NCBI GenBank assembly: GCA_963819815.1
Contig: CAWFXL010000001.1
Span: 96,001-160,000, forward strand
Direction of reading: 5' to 3'
Origin: an uncultured bacterium
GTDB taxonomy: Bacteria > Babelota > Babeliae > Babelales > Babelaceae
DNA: 64,000 bases
A program made the translations under genes and the position numbers. Shown piece after piece: positions 36,760 to 47,031 of the stretch. Each line of letters opens with the position of its first letter. Position 1 is the stretch's first letter. The notes below the pieces were generated by a model. It was not told where the DNA came from and made no database searches. It worked only from the letters and a program-made list of their open reading frames with translations.

Positions 36760-39552
36760 TCAAGTTGGTGGCTGGTTGCTTCCCAAATTAAGCTCTCTGC
36801 ATCTACGGTTCACCGAAGATCTATTCACCCCAAGAAGATGAGCAATTTTGCTTTGATTTTTGAAGGTGTACCAAAGCTGAGCCATTATGTGTGGATCGCG
36901 GAGTGCTTTTTTACCCAGTCTTACAGCTTGAGCAATGACCGGATCGGTACTACTATTAACCGGATCGATTTTTTCAATGTCTGTGATGTTGTGTGATCGG
37001 GACTTTTCAAGAAGCAGCTCTTGAATTCGCTCTTTAAGTTCTTGCAAGCTGAGAGGACATTCCTTGATAAGCTGTGAGGTTTCCTTTGGTGTGATACTCA
37101 AGAGGTCTTTAAACGTATCAGTAGTGATTAGTTGATCAGCATATCCTTGTGCAAGCAAGGTTATATCTTCATGAGCAAGGTCAGTTAATGAAGGGAGACT
37201 AATGGTAGTTGCTTGTAGCTGCTCAAAGAGCTCTTGAGAAAAGACTCCTTCACTTACTAATACTGAAAGATCTTTTGACGTTGAACAGATGATGCGGGCA
37301 GAGCTCATTATTTTTTGGTCGCTTTTCACTTTATAAAAGTATCCCATGCGGATGTACTGGGCCAAGCCCTCTTGTGAGGTGAGACTTAACAGTTCTAGAT
37401 TTTGAATAAAGAGGGTGCCTGATTCATCGAGCTTGCTAAGCAGACTTTCAGATTGACTACCGCCCAGGAGGTCATTGATCCCAAAGAGCTGTGTGGCGAT
37501 TTCATCATGCTGCTCGCGTCGGGTAAGCTTGAGGGTGTACAAGTTTCTCCTTAGGCTTATCGAATGGAGTGATGTTACCGCTGCAAGCAGATCTTCCTCA
37601 GGCAACGAAAGAAGGACAGCTTTTCTGGTTAATGCAGCAGAAAGGAGTCCGATTTTAAAGGACAAAAGTGCCTCAGAGGTGCCAGGAATAAGTTCATTAA
37701 TAAGCCGCCCCGATTGGGTCGTTTCTAAATAGAGAACATAGTCCCAACAGGAGGGATCTTTCAGATACCCAGCATGGGGTTTTAACAGATCTGAAATTTC
37801 TGGATAGTAGAGTAGGAGTATACTTGAGGTCGTATCTGCATTTGGAATACCTGAGATCACCAGCTTAGTGCCACGTGTATCCTTACCATAGGCTATCTGT
37901 GCGGTTTTATATTGTTCAACCCTTTGTGCTACGGTCGTGCATATCTTGGTGAGTGGATGTCCCGAGAGCTTATTTAGATCAAAGCCCACGAGGTCATGAG
38001 CGGCCTCATTGGCATATGAAAACGTGCGATTTTTATAGGAGATGATACCGATTTTTCGCTCATGAGAGGTGCGCATGAATGAGCGTATGAGCTCCTTGTA
38101 CTGATTAATTTCTTGATGCTTATGATAAAGTTCTTCAGTAAGCTGTTTCTTTTGTACATGTAAAGCCTCCATACTAGTCTGTTGAAGTGCGGAAATGACA
38201 TTACTTATATACGAGGTAAATACGAGCATTTCATCCCGTTCTTTATTTGTGTAGAGCTTATCAGGTCGTGCATCGCGTTCTACCATAATATAGGCAACAA
38301 TCTTTGATTGTTCGTAAATCGGTACAAAGAGATCAGCATGGAGCATATCAAGGAAAGCAAGAATTTTTCTGTTGAGATCTGAAGCCTCATAGAAAAAAGA
38401 AAATTCTACGGCTTCCCGAATAAATATTTTATCGCGGGCTAAAGCAGCACGTAACGGTTCGTCATCCTTCAGAAATTGTTCAATTTTTAGCGCTGCTCCT
38501 ATGGCTTCTGGCGAAGTGACTGGGGCATCTTTAATGAAGAGTCGGGTAAAACTGAGTCGTATACCGAAGGCTGTGTGGAAAAAGGTTTGGGTGATATGAC
38601 ACAGTTCATTGACTGCTGAGGCATACCTCACCTGCTCCAAGATGTCTTTAAAATTAGTAAGAAAGTTAAAAGGTACCTTTGAGGTGACATCTGAATGTAA
38701 ATTAAGCAATCTCAAGCCGAGCATTTTTTTACTCAAAGTTATCAGGAGAAAGGCGCTGCAGAGGGCACCAATAGTGGCCCAGGAGTATTGACCTAAGGGG
38801 AAAGGAATATGTGCCGCACTAAAAATGGTGTACCATCCATCACCAAACAGAAGCAAGGAAAAAGGAAAGAGGTATAGGAGGCATGACTGTACCTGGACAG
38901 CCAAAATTTTAGGAAGTGTTCTGGTGCGCAGTTTTCGTATAAGGAATATAAAAAGGCCCAAATACAAGATAAATACATAACAATAGCTCGCAGAAATTAC
39001 GTTATGCTCAAGGAGATATTCGCTGCTCGATGTAACTACCGGAATTCCATAATAGGCTCCAGCTTCATATAAGAAAAAACTGGTGAACAGGAGATTGCAT
39101 AGAAGGTTTAAACTATGAAGGAAGGTGCACTTAATTCTTTGGGTTAAGAGGTATTCAAAAAAGAGGGCTAATGCCTGATGTGCACTGATAAAAAGACTCA
39201 GAGAAATTCGGCAATAGAGAGTAAAAAGGGGGATATCGCCCTGTATTTCAAGAATCCTTCGTAAAACGATCGATCCAATATAGGTAGCATCATCAAGGAG
39301 CGTTCCGAAAAGAAATATGAGTAATAGAAAAAGAGGTGCCCTGAGCTGTGGTTTATTATACCAAAACTTCACAATAAACCGGCCAATAACGAGCTTGGCA
39401 AGGCTCACAAGGATGAGCGCGCCACACGTTATATACGGATTAACAAGAAAAGAGGTGAGTGCTTCCAATAAGTGGTTCATCCCTAATATCTCTAGTTCCC
39501 TCTCATGAGGGTGTATATACATGAGTACTGCTTGTACTATTAATTTAAACAA
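36760..39552 (-). CDS. Paralogous membrane-anchored 7TM-GAF-PAS-degenerate AAA+-Fis HTH regulator (receptor 2)
   Basis: Shares long near-identical blocks with 32838-35552 (VERDARP.KLYTNK.RDEMLVFT, WDYVLYLETTQSG, LLGVNRSSVNRRC); start may be ATG at 39480. Confidence 0.85.
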   Translation of the reverse strand: MFKLIVQAVLMYIHPHERELEILGMNHLLEALTSFLVNPYITCGALILVSLAKLVIGRFIVKFWYNKPQLRAPLFLLLIFLFGTLLDDATYIGSIVLRRILEIQGDIPLFTLYCRISLSLFISAHQALALFFEYLLTQRIKCTFLHSLNLLCNLLFTSFFLYEAGAYYGIPVVTSSSEYLLEHNVISASYCYVFILYLGLFIFLIRKLRTRTLPKILAVQVQSCLLYLFPFSLLLFGDGWYTIFSAAHIPFPLGQYSWATIGALCSAFLLITLSKKMLGLRLLNLHSDVTSKVPFNFLTNFKDILEQVRYASAVNELCHITQTFFHTAFGIRLSFTRLFIKDAPVTSPEAIGAALKIEQFLKDDEPLRAALARDKIFIREAVEFSFFYEASDLNRKILAFLDMLHADLFVPIYEQSKIVAYIMVERDARPDKLYTNKERDEMLVFTSYISNVISALQQTSMEALHVQKKQLTEELYHKHQEINQYKELIRSFMRTSHERKIGIISYKNRTFSYANEAAHDLVGFDLNKLSGHPLTKICTTVAQRVEQYKTAQIAYGKDTRGTKLVISGIPNADTTSSILLLYYPEISDLLKPHAGYLKDPSCWDYVLYLETTQSGRLINELIPGTSEALLSFKIGLLSAALTRKAVLLSLPEEDLLAAVTSLHSISLRRNLYTLKLTRREQHDEIATQLFGINDLLGGSQSESLLSKLDESGTLFIQNLELLSLTSQEGLAQYIRMGYFYKVKSDQKIMSSARIICSTSKDLSVLVSEGVFSQELFEQLQATTISLPSLTDLAHEDITLLAQGYADQLITTDTFKDLLSITPKETSQLIKECPLSLQELKERIQELLLEKSRSHNITDIEKIDPVNSSTDPVIAQAVRLGKKALRDPHIMAQLWYTFKNQSKIAHLLGVNRSSVNRRCRELNLGSNQPPT

Positions 39553-39643
39553 ACTAATCTATTGGTCAAATGGTTGGCGGGTCTCCTTTGTTGTCTAATG
39601 GGCAGTAAAAAGGTAAAGTAGCCCATAGGTAGCAAGGAGTGTC

Positions 39644-40306
39644 ATGCAGCTTCAGGAAAAAATAGTACGCATTATACAGCTTTTAAAAGAGGCAACAAAA
39701 GATATGCCTCCGACCTTAACGACGTCCCTCATAAAAGACTATGGGCGGGACCCGTTTATTATCCTTATTTCGTGTCTTTTGAGCCTCCGTGCAAAAGATA
39801 CAGCCACCTATCCGGTGAGTAAAAAGCTCTTTGAGCGAGTGCGTACGCCTGAGGAGCTGCTTAAGATGCCTGTTAAAGAGCTCGAGGAACTTCTTTATCC
39901 GCTTGGGTTTTATCGTAAGAAGACCGAAACTGTCCGATCGGTTTGCCAAGAGCTTATTAGGAGGTTTAAGGGAAATGTACCGCATACCGAGGAGGAGCTC
40001 CTCTCCTTAAAGGGAGTTGGGCGGAAAACAGCCCAGCTCGTACTTGGTAGTGCCTTCAAAATACCCACTATTTGCGTTGATACCCATGTACATAGGATTG
40101 CCAATAGGCTTGGCTGGATCCAGACGACCCATCCTGATGAAACGGAAAGGGAATTAAAACGGCTCATTCCACAAGAATATTGGCTGGATATTAATACCTA
40201 TCTCGTTATGTGGGGCCAGAATATCTGTGTACCCATCTCACCCAAATGTTCCCAATGTGTTTTGAGTCCCTTATGCCCTAAAATTGGCGTAGGGAAAAGA
40301 AGGTAA
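39644..40306 (+). CDS. nth: Endonuclease III
   Basis: HhH L.GVGRKTA, VDTHVHR, C-x6-C-x2-C-x5-C FeS motif. Confidence 0.95.
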   Translation: MQLQEKIVRIIQLLKEATKDMPPTLTTSLIKDYGRDPFIILISCLLSLRAKDTATYPVSKKLFERVRTPEELLKMPVKELEELLYPLGFYRKKTETVRSVCQELIRRFKGNVPHTEEELLSLKGVGRKTAQLVLGSAFKIPTICVDTHVHRIANRLGWIQTTHPDETERELKRLIPQEYWLDINTYLVMWGQNICVPISPKCSQCVLSPLCPKIGVGKRR

Positions 40307-40561
40307 TGGTGCGCCATTGTTGTATCCAATACGAACGTGTGGCTGATGGGATCAGGTCATTTTAATGGGGCAGGATCTTAGGGGGTACTGAGCTCGTTCT
40401 TGACGTTCTTGAGTTACTCGTGTATCTTAAGTAATAGCTTTTACTGGAAATCCTTTTGTTGTTTGATCCAATTCTGACGTAGTCTAGTTGCACTCACAAG
40501 TAGGTAGTACCTAAAAGTATTTTGATACATTTTTCTAACATCTATTTTGTGAGGTTCTTGA

Positions 40562-40909
40562 ATGAAACTATACGTAGGAAACCTTTCCCGCTCTACAACG
40601 GATGATACGGTTCGACAAGCATTTGAACAATTTGGCGAAGTATCGTCAGTTCGAATTCTCTTCGATCGTGAAACCCGCCAATCTCGTGGTTTCGGCTTTG
40701 TCGAAATGCCACAAGATGAGCAAGCGAAAGAAGCTATGGATAAGCTTAATGAAACTGAAATTGAAGGTCGTCGCATTCGTGTAAACGAAGCGCGCGAACC
40801 AGAACGCACCGGCGGAAGCAGTGGTGGTGGCCGTTCGGGTGGTGGTTTCCGCGGTGATCGCGGCGGTGACCGTGGTCCACGTGATGGCGGTTTTAGAAAT
40901 CGTTTCTAA
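40562..40909 (+). CDS. RRM RNA-binding protein with Gly/Arg-rich tail
   Basis: KLYVGNL (RNP2), RGFGFVEM (RNP1), RVNEAR, RGG tail. Confidence 0.93.
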   Translation: MKLYVGNLSRSTTDDTVRQAFEQFGEVSSVRILFDRETRQSRGFGFVEMPQDEQAKEAMDKLNETEIEGRRIRVNEAREPERTGGSSGGGRSGGGFRGDRGGDRGPRDGGFRNRF

Positions 40910-40920
40910 GTTTTGAAACA

Positions 40921-40957
40921 AACAAAAGGGTGGGCCTTAAAACCCACTCTTTTTTGT
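40921..40957 (+). terminator. Intrinsic terminator
   Basis: AAAAGGGTGGG...CCCACTCTTTTT. Confidence 0.7.
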
Positions 40958-41051
40958 TGTCTATCTTGTTAGGCTACCCCCCCGTAATCAGTACATTGTA
41001 TCATAAGCCCAGGCAGGAATACCTCTCATGAGCTCGATGAGTTATAGAAAC

Positions 41052-41090
41052 TTGCCTTATAACTCATAAAATGATAAAATATGAGTTATA
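41052..41090 (+). promoter_or_regulatory. fic promoter with 11-bp inverted repeat (putative operator)
   Basis: TTGCCT-17 nt-TAAAAT; TATAACTCATA-N11-TATGAGTTATA. Confidence 0.7.
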
Positions 41091-41101
41091 GAGGATGACC
41101 T

Positions 41102-42199
41102 ATGCAGTGGAACTGGCAGCTGGCTACATGGCCGAATTTTACCTATAACCCTGATAGCATAACTGAGCTTGAAAGAACATTTCTTTTAAGAGCAGGCAGC
41201 AGCTATGCTTTGTTATGCACTACAGGTGAGAAGGATAGAACTCAATTTATAATTGAGATGCTCACTCAAGAAGGATTAGAAAGTTCAAAAATTGAGGGAG
41301 AGCTTCTCGACCGGGAAAGTTTAGTATCATCAATTAAAAAGCACTTTGGGTTGCATGATGATAGTAAGAATCAATCTAATAAAGAGGCGGGGATGGCTGA
41401 GCTTCTCTGTAACGTATATGAGACCTACGATGCACCGCTTAGCCACGAAATGCTTTGGCAATGGCATGGGATGCTCTTTAAAAAAAATTGGTCCAGTCTT
41501 GAAGAATGCGGACAGTATCGGACACATAAAGAGCCGATGCAGATTGTTTCTGGTCATGGTGATGGACGCATCTACTTCGAAGCGCCCCCTTCAAAGAATG
41601 TATACAAAGAAATGACGAGATTTATCGAATGGTATAATGCTTCAGGCACTTCAGAGACTCTTTTAGGACGAGCTGCTCTTGCACATGTGTACTTTGAAAG
41701 TATTCATCCCTTTGAAGATGGAAATGGAAGGATAGGCAGAGTTCTTGTGGAAAAAGTTCTCTCCCAAGGAGCTCAACAACCTCTTTTGATTGCAGTTTCA
41801 AAGTGCATTGAAAAACGCAAAAAGGCCTATTATACAGAACTTGAAAGATGTAATAGGACGGTTGAGGTACAGCACGGGGTTGAGTTTTTTGCCCACATAA
41901 TCCTGCAAGCTCAGCAAGATTCGATGAGGCTTCTCAACTTTTTGATGCAGAAGTCTAAAATGCTTACGGCGCTATCAGGAAAAATCAATCAACGACAAGA
42001 AAAGGTTTTGTTGAGGATGTTTGCAGAAGGGCCCGATGGCTTTCAGGGAGGTTTAAGTGCTGAAAAATATATCTCTATTACAAAAACACCTCGTGCTACG
42101 GCTACTCGCGATTTAGTTGACCTGGTTAGTAGGGGAGCCTTGCTAAAAACTGGTGAATTGCGGTATACCCGCTACTGGCTAAATCTGGCCTATGTATGA
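41102..42199 (+). CDS. Fic family protein (DUF4172 N-terminus, C-terminal wHTH)
   Basis: MQWNWQ...WP.F; HPFEDGNGRIGR; ATATRDL.DLV. Confidence 0.93.
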   Translation: MQWNWQLATWPNFTYNPDSITELERTFLLRAGSSYALLCTTGEKDRTQFIIEMLTQEGLESSKIEGELLDRESLVSSIKKHFGLHDDSKNQSNKEAGMAELLCNVYETYDAPLSHEMLWQWHGMLFKKNWSSLEECGQYRTHKEPMQIVSGHGDGRIYFEAPPSKNVYKEMTRFIEWYNASGTSETLLGRAALAHVYFESIHPFEDGNGRIGRVLVEKVLSQGAQQPLLIAVSKCIEKRKKAYYTELERCNRTVEVQHGVEFFAHIILQAQQDSMRLLNFLMQKSKMLTALSGKINQRQEKVLLRMFAEGPDGFQGGLSAEKYISITKTPRATATRDLVDLVSRGALLKTGELRYTRYWLNLAYV

Positions 42200-42242
42200 G
42201 GGCCGACTTCTCACTAAATCTGTCTGAAAGAAATAAGTGGGC

Positions 42243-44138
42243 TTAATGATCTTCGATTGAAATGGCGCCTTGCATGAGTCTTTGATAGTAGGGTGATTTC
42301 TTTTCAAGAACTGCTCGTGGATAGAAGACAATATCTTTTTCTTTGTCGATCAATGAAAAGTCGAGGATACCCACAGCTTCCTCAATAGTTTTTAAGCGAT
42401 GTGCAATAACGATAGTAAGCGCACTTTGCGCAAGCTCGCTAATCATCTTAGTGATAGCCATTTCACTGACTTCATCAAGACTACTTGTAGGTTCGTCAAT
42501 AAGAATAAGAGCCGGGTTATAATACTTTGCGCGCATATAGAGACTGGCAAAGTTTAAGCGTTGTCGTTGCCCACCTGAGAGGGTAAGTCCTGCTTCACCA
42601 ATGGGGGTTTCAAGTCCCTGCTTTTTCTTAAAGACATCCCAGATTCCTACCTGGGTAAGTATTTCTACGATCTCTTCATGAGTGTAGATAACCTTGTCAT
42701 GAGGTAGTCCTAAGAGCAAGTTTCGGTAGACCGTTCCACTCAAGCTACTTGCAATCTGACCTTGCATACAAATAAGGCTTCGCCGTATTTCGTCATTTAC
42801 GTTATAGACGGGTACTCCATTAACAAGAACATGACCTTTATCAGGTTTTAATTGACCGCCAAGGAGAGAGAGAAAAGTTGTTTTACCTATTCCCGAGGGC
42901 CCGATAATACCATAGAGTTTCTTCGGCTGACTGCGCGGAACCTCTATGAAAAAGGTATGATCATCAAAGATTTTTGCTTGAGGATTATAGTAAAAATGAA
43001 TGTCCTTAGCAGATACCGTAATTATATCCGTTTTTGCAGGTATAACAGGCATAGCCTCTGGAGCTGCAAGTACCGGATAGGTTTGTTTGCCAAACATTTG
43101 GATAAATAGGTAAAGATCATCTATGCGTGTGGTTGCTCGAAGAACTTTTCTAATACGCCTTCCAATCTCTATCACTTCATATGTTCCGTTAATGTAGGTA
43201 TAGAGAACAGCCACCCCTTGCATGACCGTTAATGAGCCATCCTTGATTAATGAGAACACTAACCAGCCAAGTATAAAAATGCTTCCTAAATAAAAAAGTC
43301 GTGAAATGGTCACCGATGCTGCAAAAGCGAGCCATGCCGTTCCTTCGATATCCATGAGATCTTTTGCCTTTTGTTTAGTGAGATCTGCAATTTCATGGGT
43401 AGCAAATGAGGAACGTATAAGCTGTACTTGTGTCAGACTTTCTACAGCAACTGCTTTTAATGAGTCATCCGCATCGATCATATTATTCTCAAAGGAAGCG
43501 CTGGTAAATAAGTTAAGGATTATATTAATGACCGCGATGAACGCTAACAAAATTAAGCAGGTTAATCCAAGCGTACGATCAAGAAAGAAAAAGGTGATGG
43601 TAACACTGAGCACACTTATAATAACCGGTAAGATATCCCATAACATCATATCGATGAAATTTTCATAGGCACGAGCACATCGTTCTACTTTGACAAAGAG
43701 TTTTCCGGTGGATTTTAGGGTATGGTAAAGTGGATCAACCGTAAGGAAATGTTCAATGGCATTGTACAGTATACTGTTCACGCACTGTACTTCTAAAAAT
43801 GCAGCAAAATAAACTGACACGAACTCAAGAACTATAATAAAAAGCCAGAATGCGATCAGATACAGAAAGAGCGTAAAGCTTTCAAGGTGGATGATTTTTT
43901 CAAGCAGCATCGGATAAATTGCATAGAAGCACTGGATCAGTGCAATGCAAAGAACCGAAATAGTGAGAGGCACTTTTTTTTTGCCAATAACACGCAGCCA
44001 GTGCTCACTAAAATCGATGGGAAAGACGCTAGCTTTTTTTCCAAAGTTAGCTAACCTTAGCCAAAAATGATAATAGCTCTCTACTAAATGTTTATACTGA
44101 TTAAACATGGTATTCTCAATAACTGTCACGGTATCCAA
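42243..44138 (-). CDS. Fused ABC exporter (TMD + NBD)
   Basis: ~6 TM, GPSGIGKTT, LSGGQRQR, IDEPTSSLD, IAHRL. Confidence 0.9.
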   Translation of the reverse strand: MDTVTVIENTMFNQYKHLVESYYHFWLRLANFGKKASVFPIDFSEHWLRVIGKKKVPLTISVLCIALIQCFYAIYPMLLEKIIHLESFTLFLYLIAFWLFIIVLEFVSVYFAAFLEVQCVNSILYNAIEHFLTVDPLYHTLKSTGKLFVKVERCARAYENFIDMMLWDILPVIISVLSVTITFFFLDRTLGLTCLILLAFIAVINIILNLFTSASFENNMIDADDSLKAVAVESLTQVQLIRSSFATHEIADLTKQKAKDLMDIEGTAWLAFAASVTISRLFYLGSIFILGWLVFSLIKDGSLTVMQGVAVLYTYINGTYEVIEIGRRIRKVLRATTRIDDLYLFIQMFGKQTYPVLAAPEAMPVIPAKTDIITVSAKDIHFYYNPQAKIFDDHTFFIEVPRSQPKKLYGIIGPSGIGKTTFLSLLGGQLKPDKGHVLVNGVPVYNVNDEIRRSLICMQGQIASSLSGTVYRNLLLGLPHDKVIYTHEEIVEILTQVGIWDVFKKKQGLETPIGEAGLTLSGGQRQRLNFASLYMRAKYYNPALILIDEPTSSLDEVSEMAITKMISELAQSALTIVIAHRLKTIEEAVGILDFSLIDKEKDIVFYPRAVLEKKSPYYQRLMQGAISIEDH

Positions 44139-44200
44139 TATTAGCTATAGTAGTATATAGTTGATAAATATACAAGAGATGATGCAAGAAAGTACAGAAG

Positions 44201-44983
44201 ATGTGGAAGATTGAATCTTATAAAGCCTCATGGAGAGAGTCTCTTGAAATCTTTAGGAAAGACATAGGACTTCTCCTCTTAGTTTCATTGCGCACTCTTA
44301 TGTCTGTATACCGATCTTTACTCCATGCATGGTTCTTACCTATAACCCTCTTAGTGGGACTTGTGCTTTCTCTACCCCTGTTACTCGGATCATTTTATGC
44401 GGTGCTTATTGCTCGTGCAGCACGTCCTTCTATGGAACCGAAAAATAGTACCTATTGGCAGCGGCTCATTTTTGTAGATTGGTACCTCTTTTTTGGGGTG
44501 CTCATTCTTGAGAGTAAGTCATCTTATCTTGCTGCACAAGCACAGAATTCTTTGGGTTTTAAAATACTCTGGTATGTGTATGACGGTCTATCGCGACTTT
44601 TTTTTGTATCAGGAAAATTCTGGTTACCGGGCACCGAGGCGTTGGGGACTATGCTTATGTTTCTTTCACCTTTTATTATCCTTGTAGTCCTCTTTATGCT
44701 TGATTCGGAGAAAACTATTACGGCTTCATTGCAAGCGGTAGGGAGGGCGTTCCTTATGCTTGCCTATAATTATCCATTTTTCTTGTTACTCTATGCTTTT
44801 TTCAGGCTAATACTCTCGGCTGGATATCTTGTATCTATGCTACTTGATCCTTATATTCCCCAGTGCGGCCTATTTGGTTGGTTCTTCTTTCTCTTAGTAC
44901 TCTATCCTTATTGGGTTTGTGTGATAACAAACTTTTATGTAAAGCGTCTTCATGAGCAACTCTCTTGGTACTACTGGCGCTAA
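44201..44983 (+). CDS. Hypothetical integral membrane protein
   Basis: 260-aa ORF with multiple hydrophobic segments. Confidence 0.7.
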   Translation: MWKIESYKASWRESLEIFRKDIGLLLLVSLRTLMSVYRSLLHAWFLPITLLVGLVLSLPLLLGSFYAVLIARAARPSMEPKNSTYWQRLIFVDWYLFFGVLILESKSSYLAAQAQNSLGFKILWYVYDGLSRLFFVSGKFWLPGTEALGTMLMFLSPFIILVVLFMLDSEKTITASLQAVGRAFLMLAYNYPFFLLLYAFFRLILSAGYLVSMLLDPYIPQCGLFGWFFFLLVLYPYWVCVITNFYVKRLHEQLSWYYWR

Positions 44984-45087
44984 CGCACTGCCTTGTGATT
45001 TGCTATTATTCGGTTTCTTTGGTACATCTAAGAACATAGCTCAAATCATACCATGGCGTACATGATGCCATCTACGAGGTACCAATA

Positions 45088-47031
45088 ATGCAGGTTCTTG
45101 TTTCCCGTAAAGTTTTTTTCTTTGCACCCTTGGTGACTATCCTTTTTCTTGTCCCAAGCAGATTACTGTATGCACAAGAGAGTATTCCAACTATTATTCC
45201 GGCAGTCATCCAAGGAGGCTGCAGTGTCTGCGGAACTACTTCTTGTATTAATTGTCCCAAATTCTCAGGAGTAACCCGTGCTGTAAGTGACCAGGTATCA
45301 GTAGGCTGTGGTGCCTGTAAGGACAATGGAGAATTTTGCAATGACACAGCTTGTGCCTGTTTTATTGATCCCAGAGCGTCACGGGGTGTGTGCCGTGGTC
45401 GGACTGATTGTAGTATGAGAGAGCTACCCCCTTATTCAGCATTTATTCCTCGATCACAAGGTACCAACACTGCGCGAGAATTAGCAGGCTGGGAAGAGTT
45501 TATTCATCAGTTTGATGTAGGAGAGTATTACCTTACGACCGGCCACGTTCTTGGCTATTATCATTCGTTTAGACCTGAGAGGATTGCACGAGAGCTTTTT
45601 GGAGAGACTGTGCTTCGGTTTGCCGGAAGTCAGGTTCCTAACAGAGGTTGCTGTGAGTTGCTTGCTGATAATTTTGGGTTGTCAGATACTTTGCGTGGTG
45701 TCGTGACCATCGAGCCTACTATTGAAAATATCGTCTTTGATAACCAATTCTTCATAGGACTTGATCCCCTTGTGTGTGGGTTGTATGCCCGTGTACATCT
45801 GCCGATAGTGCATACTCGCTGGAATCTTAATCTCTGTCAAAAAATAGAAAGTGCGCAGCCTTGTCCTGACTTCCCTGCATGCTATATGGCAGACGAAGCG
45901 GTACCTGCTCAGTGTGATATTATTAAGGCACTGAGTGGACAGCATACCTTTGGCGACATGCAAACTCCCTGGGCGTATGGACGCATAAAAAATGGCCCTC
46001 AAACAAAGACCGGACTTGCTGATATAGATCTTATTGTTGGGTATGACTTTAGGCAAACTGATACTTCCCATTTAGGATTCTATGCGCAAGCAGTACTGCC
46101 TACCGGGACAAAGTTTACGGCACGAGAACTTTTTCAGCCTCTTGTGGGTAATGCCCATCATTTTGAGTTGGGAGTTGGGGTGAGCAGCCATTGGATTCTT
46201 TTAGAGAGCGACGCTCACAGTAACCTTGCCCTGTACCTCGAGGGTAATGTCGTTCATATGTTTAAAAATACTCAGATGCGCACCTTTGATTTTTGTAATA
46301 ATGGCCCTCTAAGTCGATATATGTTGCTTAAAGAGCTTACTGAAGAAGATGGTCAATTTACCTATGCAGGCTCGCTTATTAATGCCGTTAACTTTGCTAC
46401 TCGCCCAGCATCAGTAAGCATAGCAGCGAAGGGTGATGTAAGTGCTAAGCTTGCTGTTCGGACTCCCCATATTATTGTTGATATCGGCTATAACTTTTAT
46501 GGACGTACGAAAGAAAATGTGCATATTAATTCGTGCTCAGATGAACGTATCTATGCTATAAAAGGTACGGAGGGCGTATGTGGCCTTGAATATATGACAG
46601 ATGGTATGCAGTTTGGTTCCTTTGTGGGGGATGTCCCTCTTAACTCATCGCAAAGCCATGCAACGATTAGACGTGGAGCCCACACTGATAATGCTCAACC
46701 TGCACCTCAGGTGAGTCCGTCAGATATTGTGGTTACCGCTTTTAGTCGGCAAGAAGGCTCAATTGAAGGGCCTGACGTCAAGAAAGCATTTATTTCAGCC
46801 CCTCCAAAACTAGTGACTGTGCATGACCTTCATAAGGCAAGCGGAACTTCTCCATCGCAAGCAACCCATAAGGTATTTGGGTACCTCGGGTACAATTTCT
46901 ATGATTGTGACTGGTGTGCAACCCCGTATCTTGGTATTGGTGGTGAAGTTGAGTTTGATGCGCTCTTTCGTGAGGATCGTTCTTCTTTAAACCAATGGTC
47001 AGTCTGGGTTAAGGGTGGGTTTGAATTCTAA
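45088..47031 (+). CDS. Cys-rich secreted protein, probable outer-membrane beta-barrel (family B, copy 1)
   Basis: Signal peptide, Cys-rich N-terminus, PRSQG, NGPLSRY, C-terminal VKGGFEF beta-signal-like; paralog of 57113-58594. Confidence 0.7.
   Translation: MQVLVSRKVFFFAPLVTILFLVPSRLLYAQESIPTIIPAVIQGGCSVCGTTSCINCPKFSGVTRAVSDQVSVGCGACKDNGEFCNDTACACFIDPRASRGVCRGRTDCSMRELPPYSAFIPRSQGTNTARELAGWEEFIHQFDVGEYYLTTGHVLGYYHSFRPERIARELFGETVLRFAGSQVPNRGCCELLADNFGLSDTLRGVVTIEPTIENIVFDNQFFIGLDPLVCGLYARVHLPIVHTRWNLNLCQKIESAQPCPDFPACYMADEAVPAQCDIIKALSGQHTFGDMQTPWAYGRIKNGPQTKTGLADIDLIVGYDFRQTDTSHLGFYAQAVLPTGTKFTARELFQPLVGNAHHFELGVGVSSHWILLESDAHSNLALYLEGNVVHMFKNTQMRTFDFCNNGPLSRYMLLKELTEEDGQFTYAGSLINAVNFATRPASVSIAAKGDVSAKLAVRTPHIIVDIGYNFYGRTKENVHINSCSDERIYAIKGTEGVCGLEYMTDGMQFGSFVGDVPLNSSQSHATIRRGAHTDNAQPAPQVSPSDIVVTAFSRQEGSIEGPDVKKAFISAPPKLVTVHDLHKASGTSPSQATHKVFGYLGYNFYDCDWCATPYLGIGGEVEFDALFREDRSSLNQWSVWVKGGFEF

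Noticed and set aside
42243..44138. ABC exporter as the dedicated transporter of the peptides
   Set aside because: It lies 5.5 kb away beyond unrelated genes, has no C39 peptidase domain, and the peptides carry Sec-type signals.
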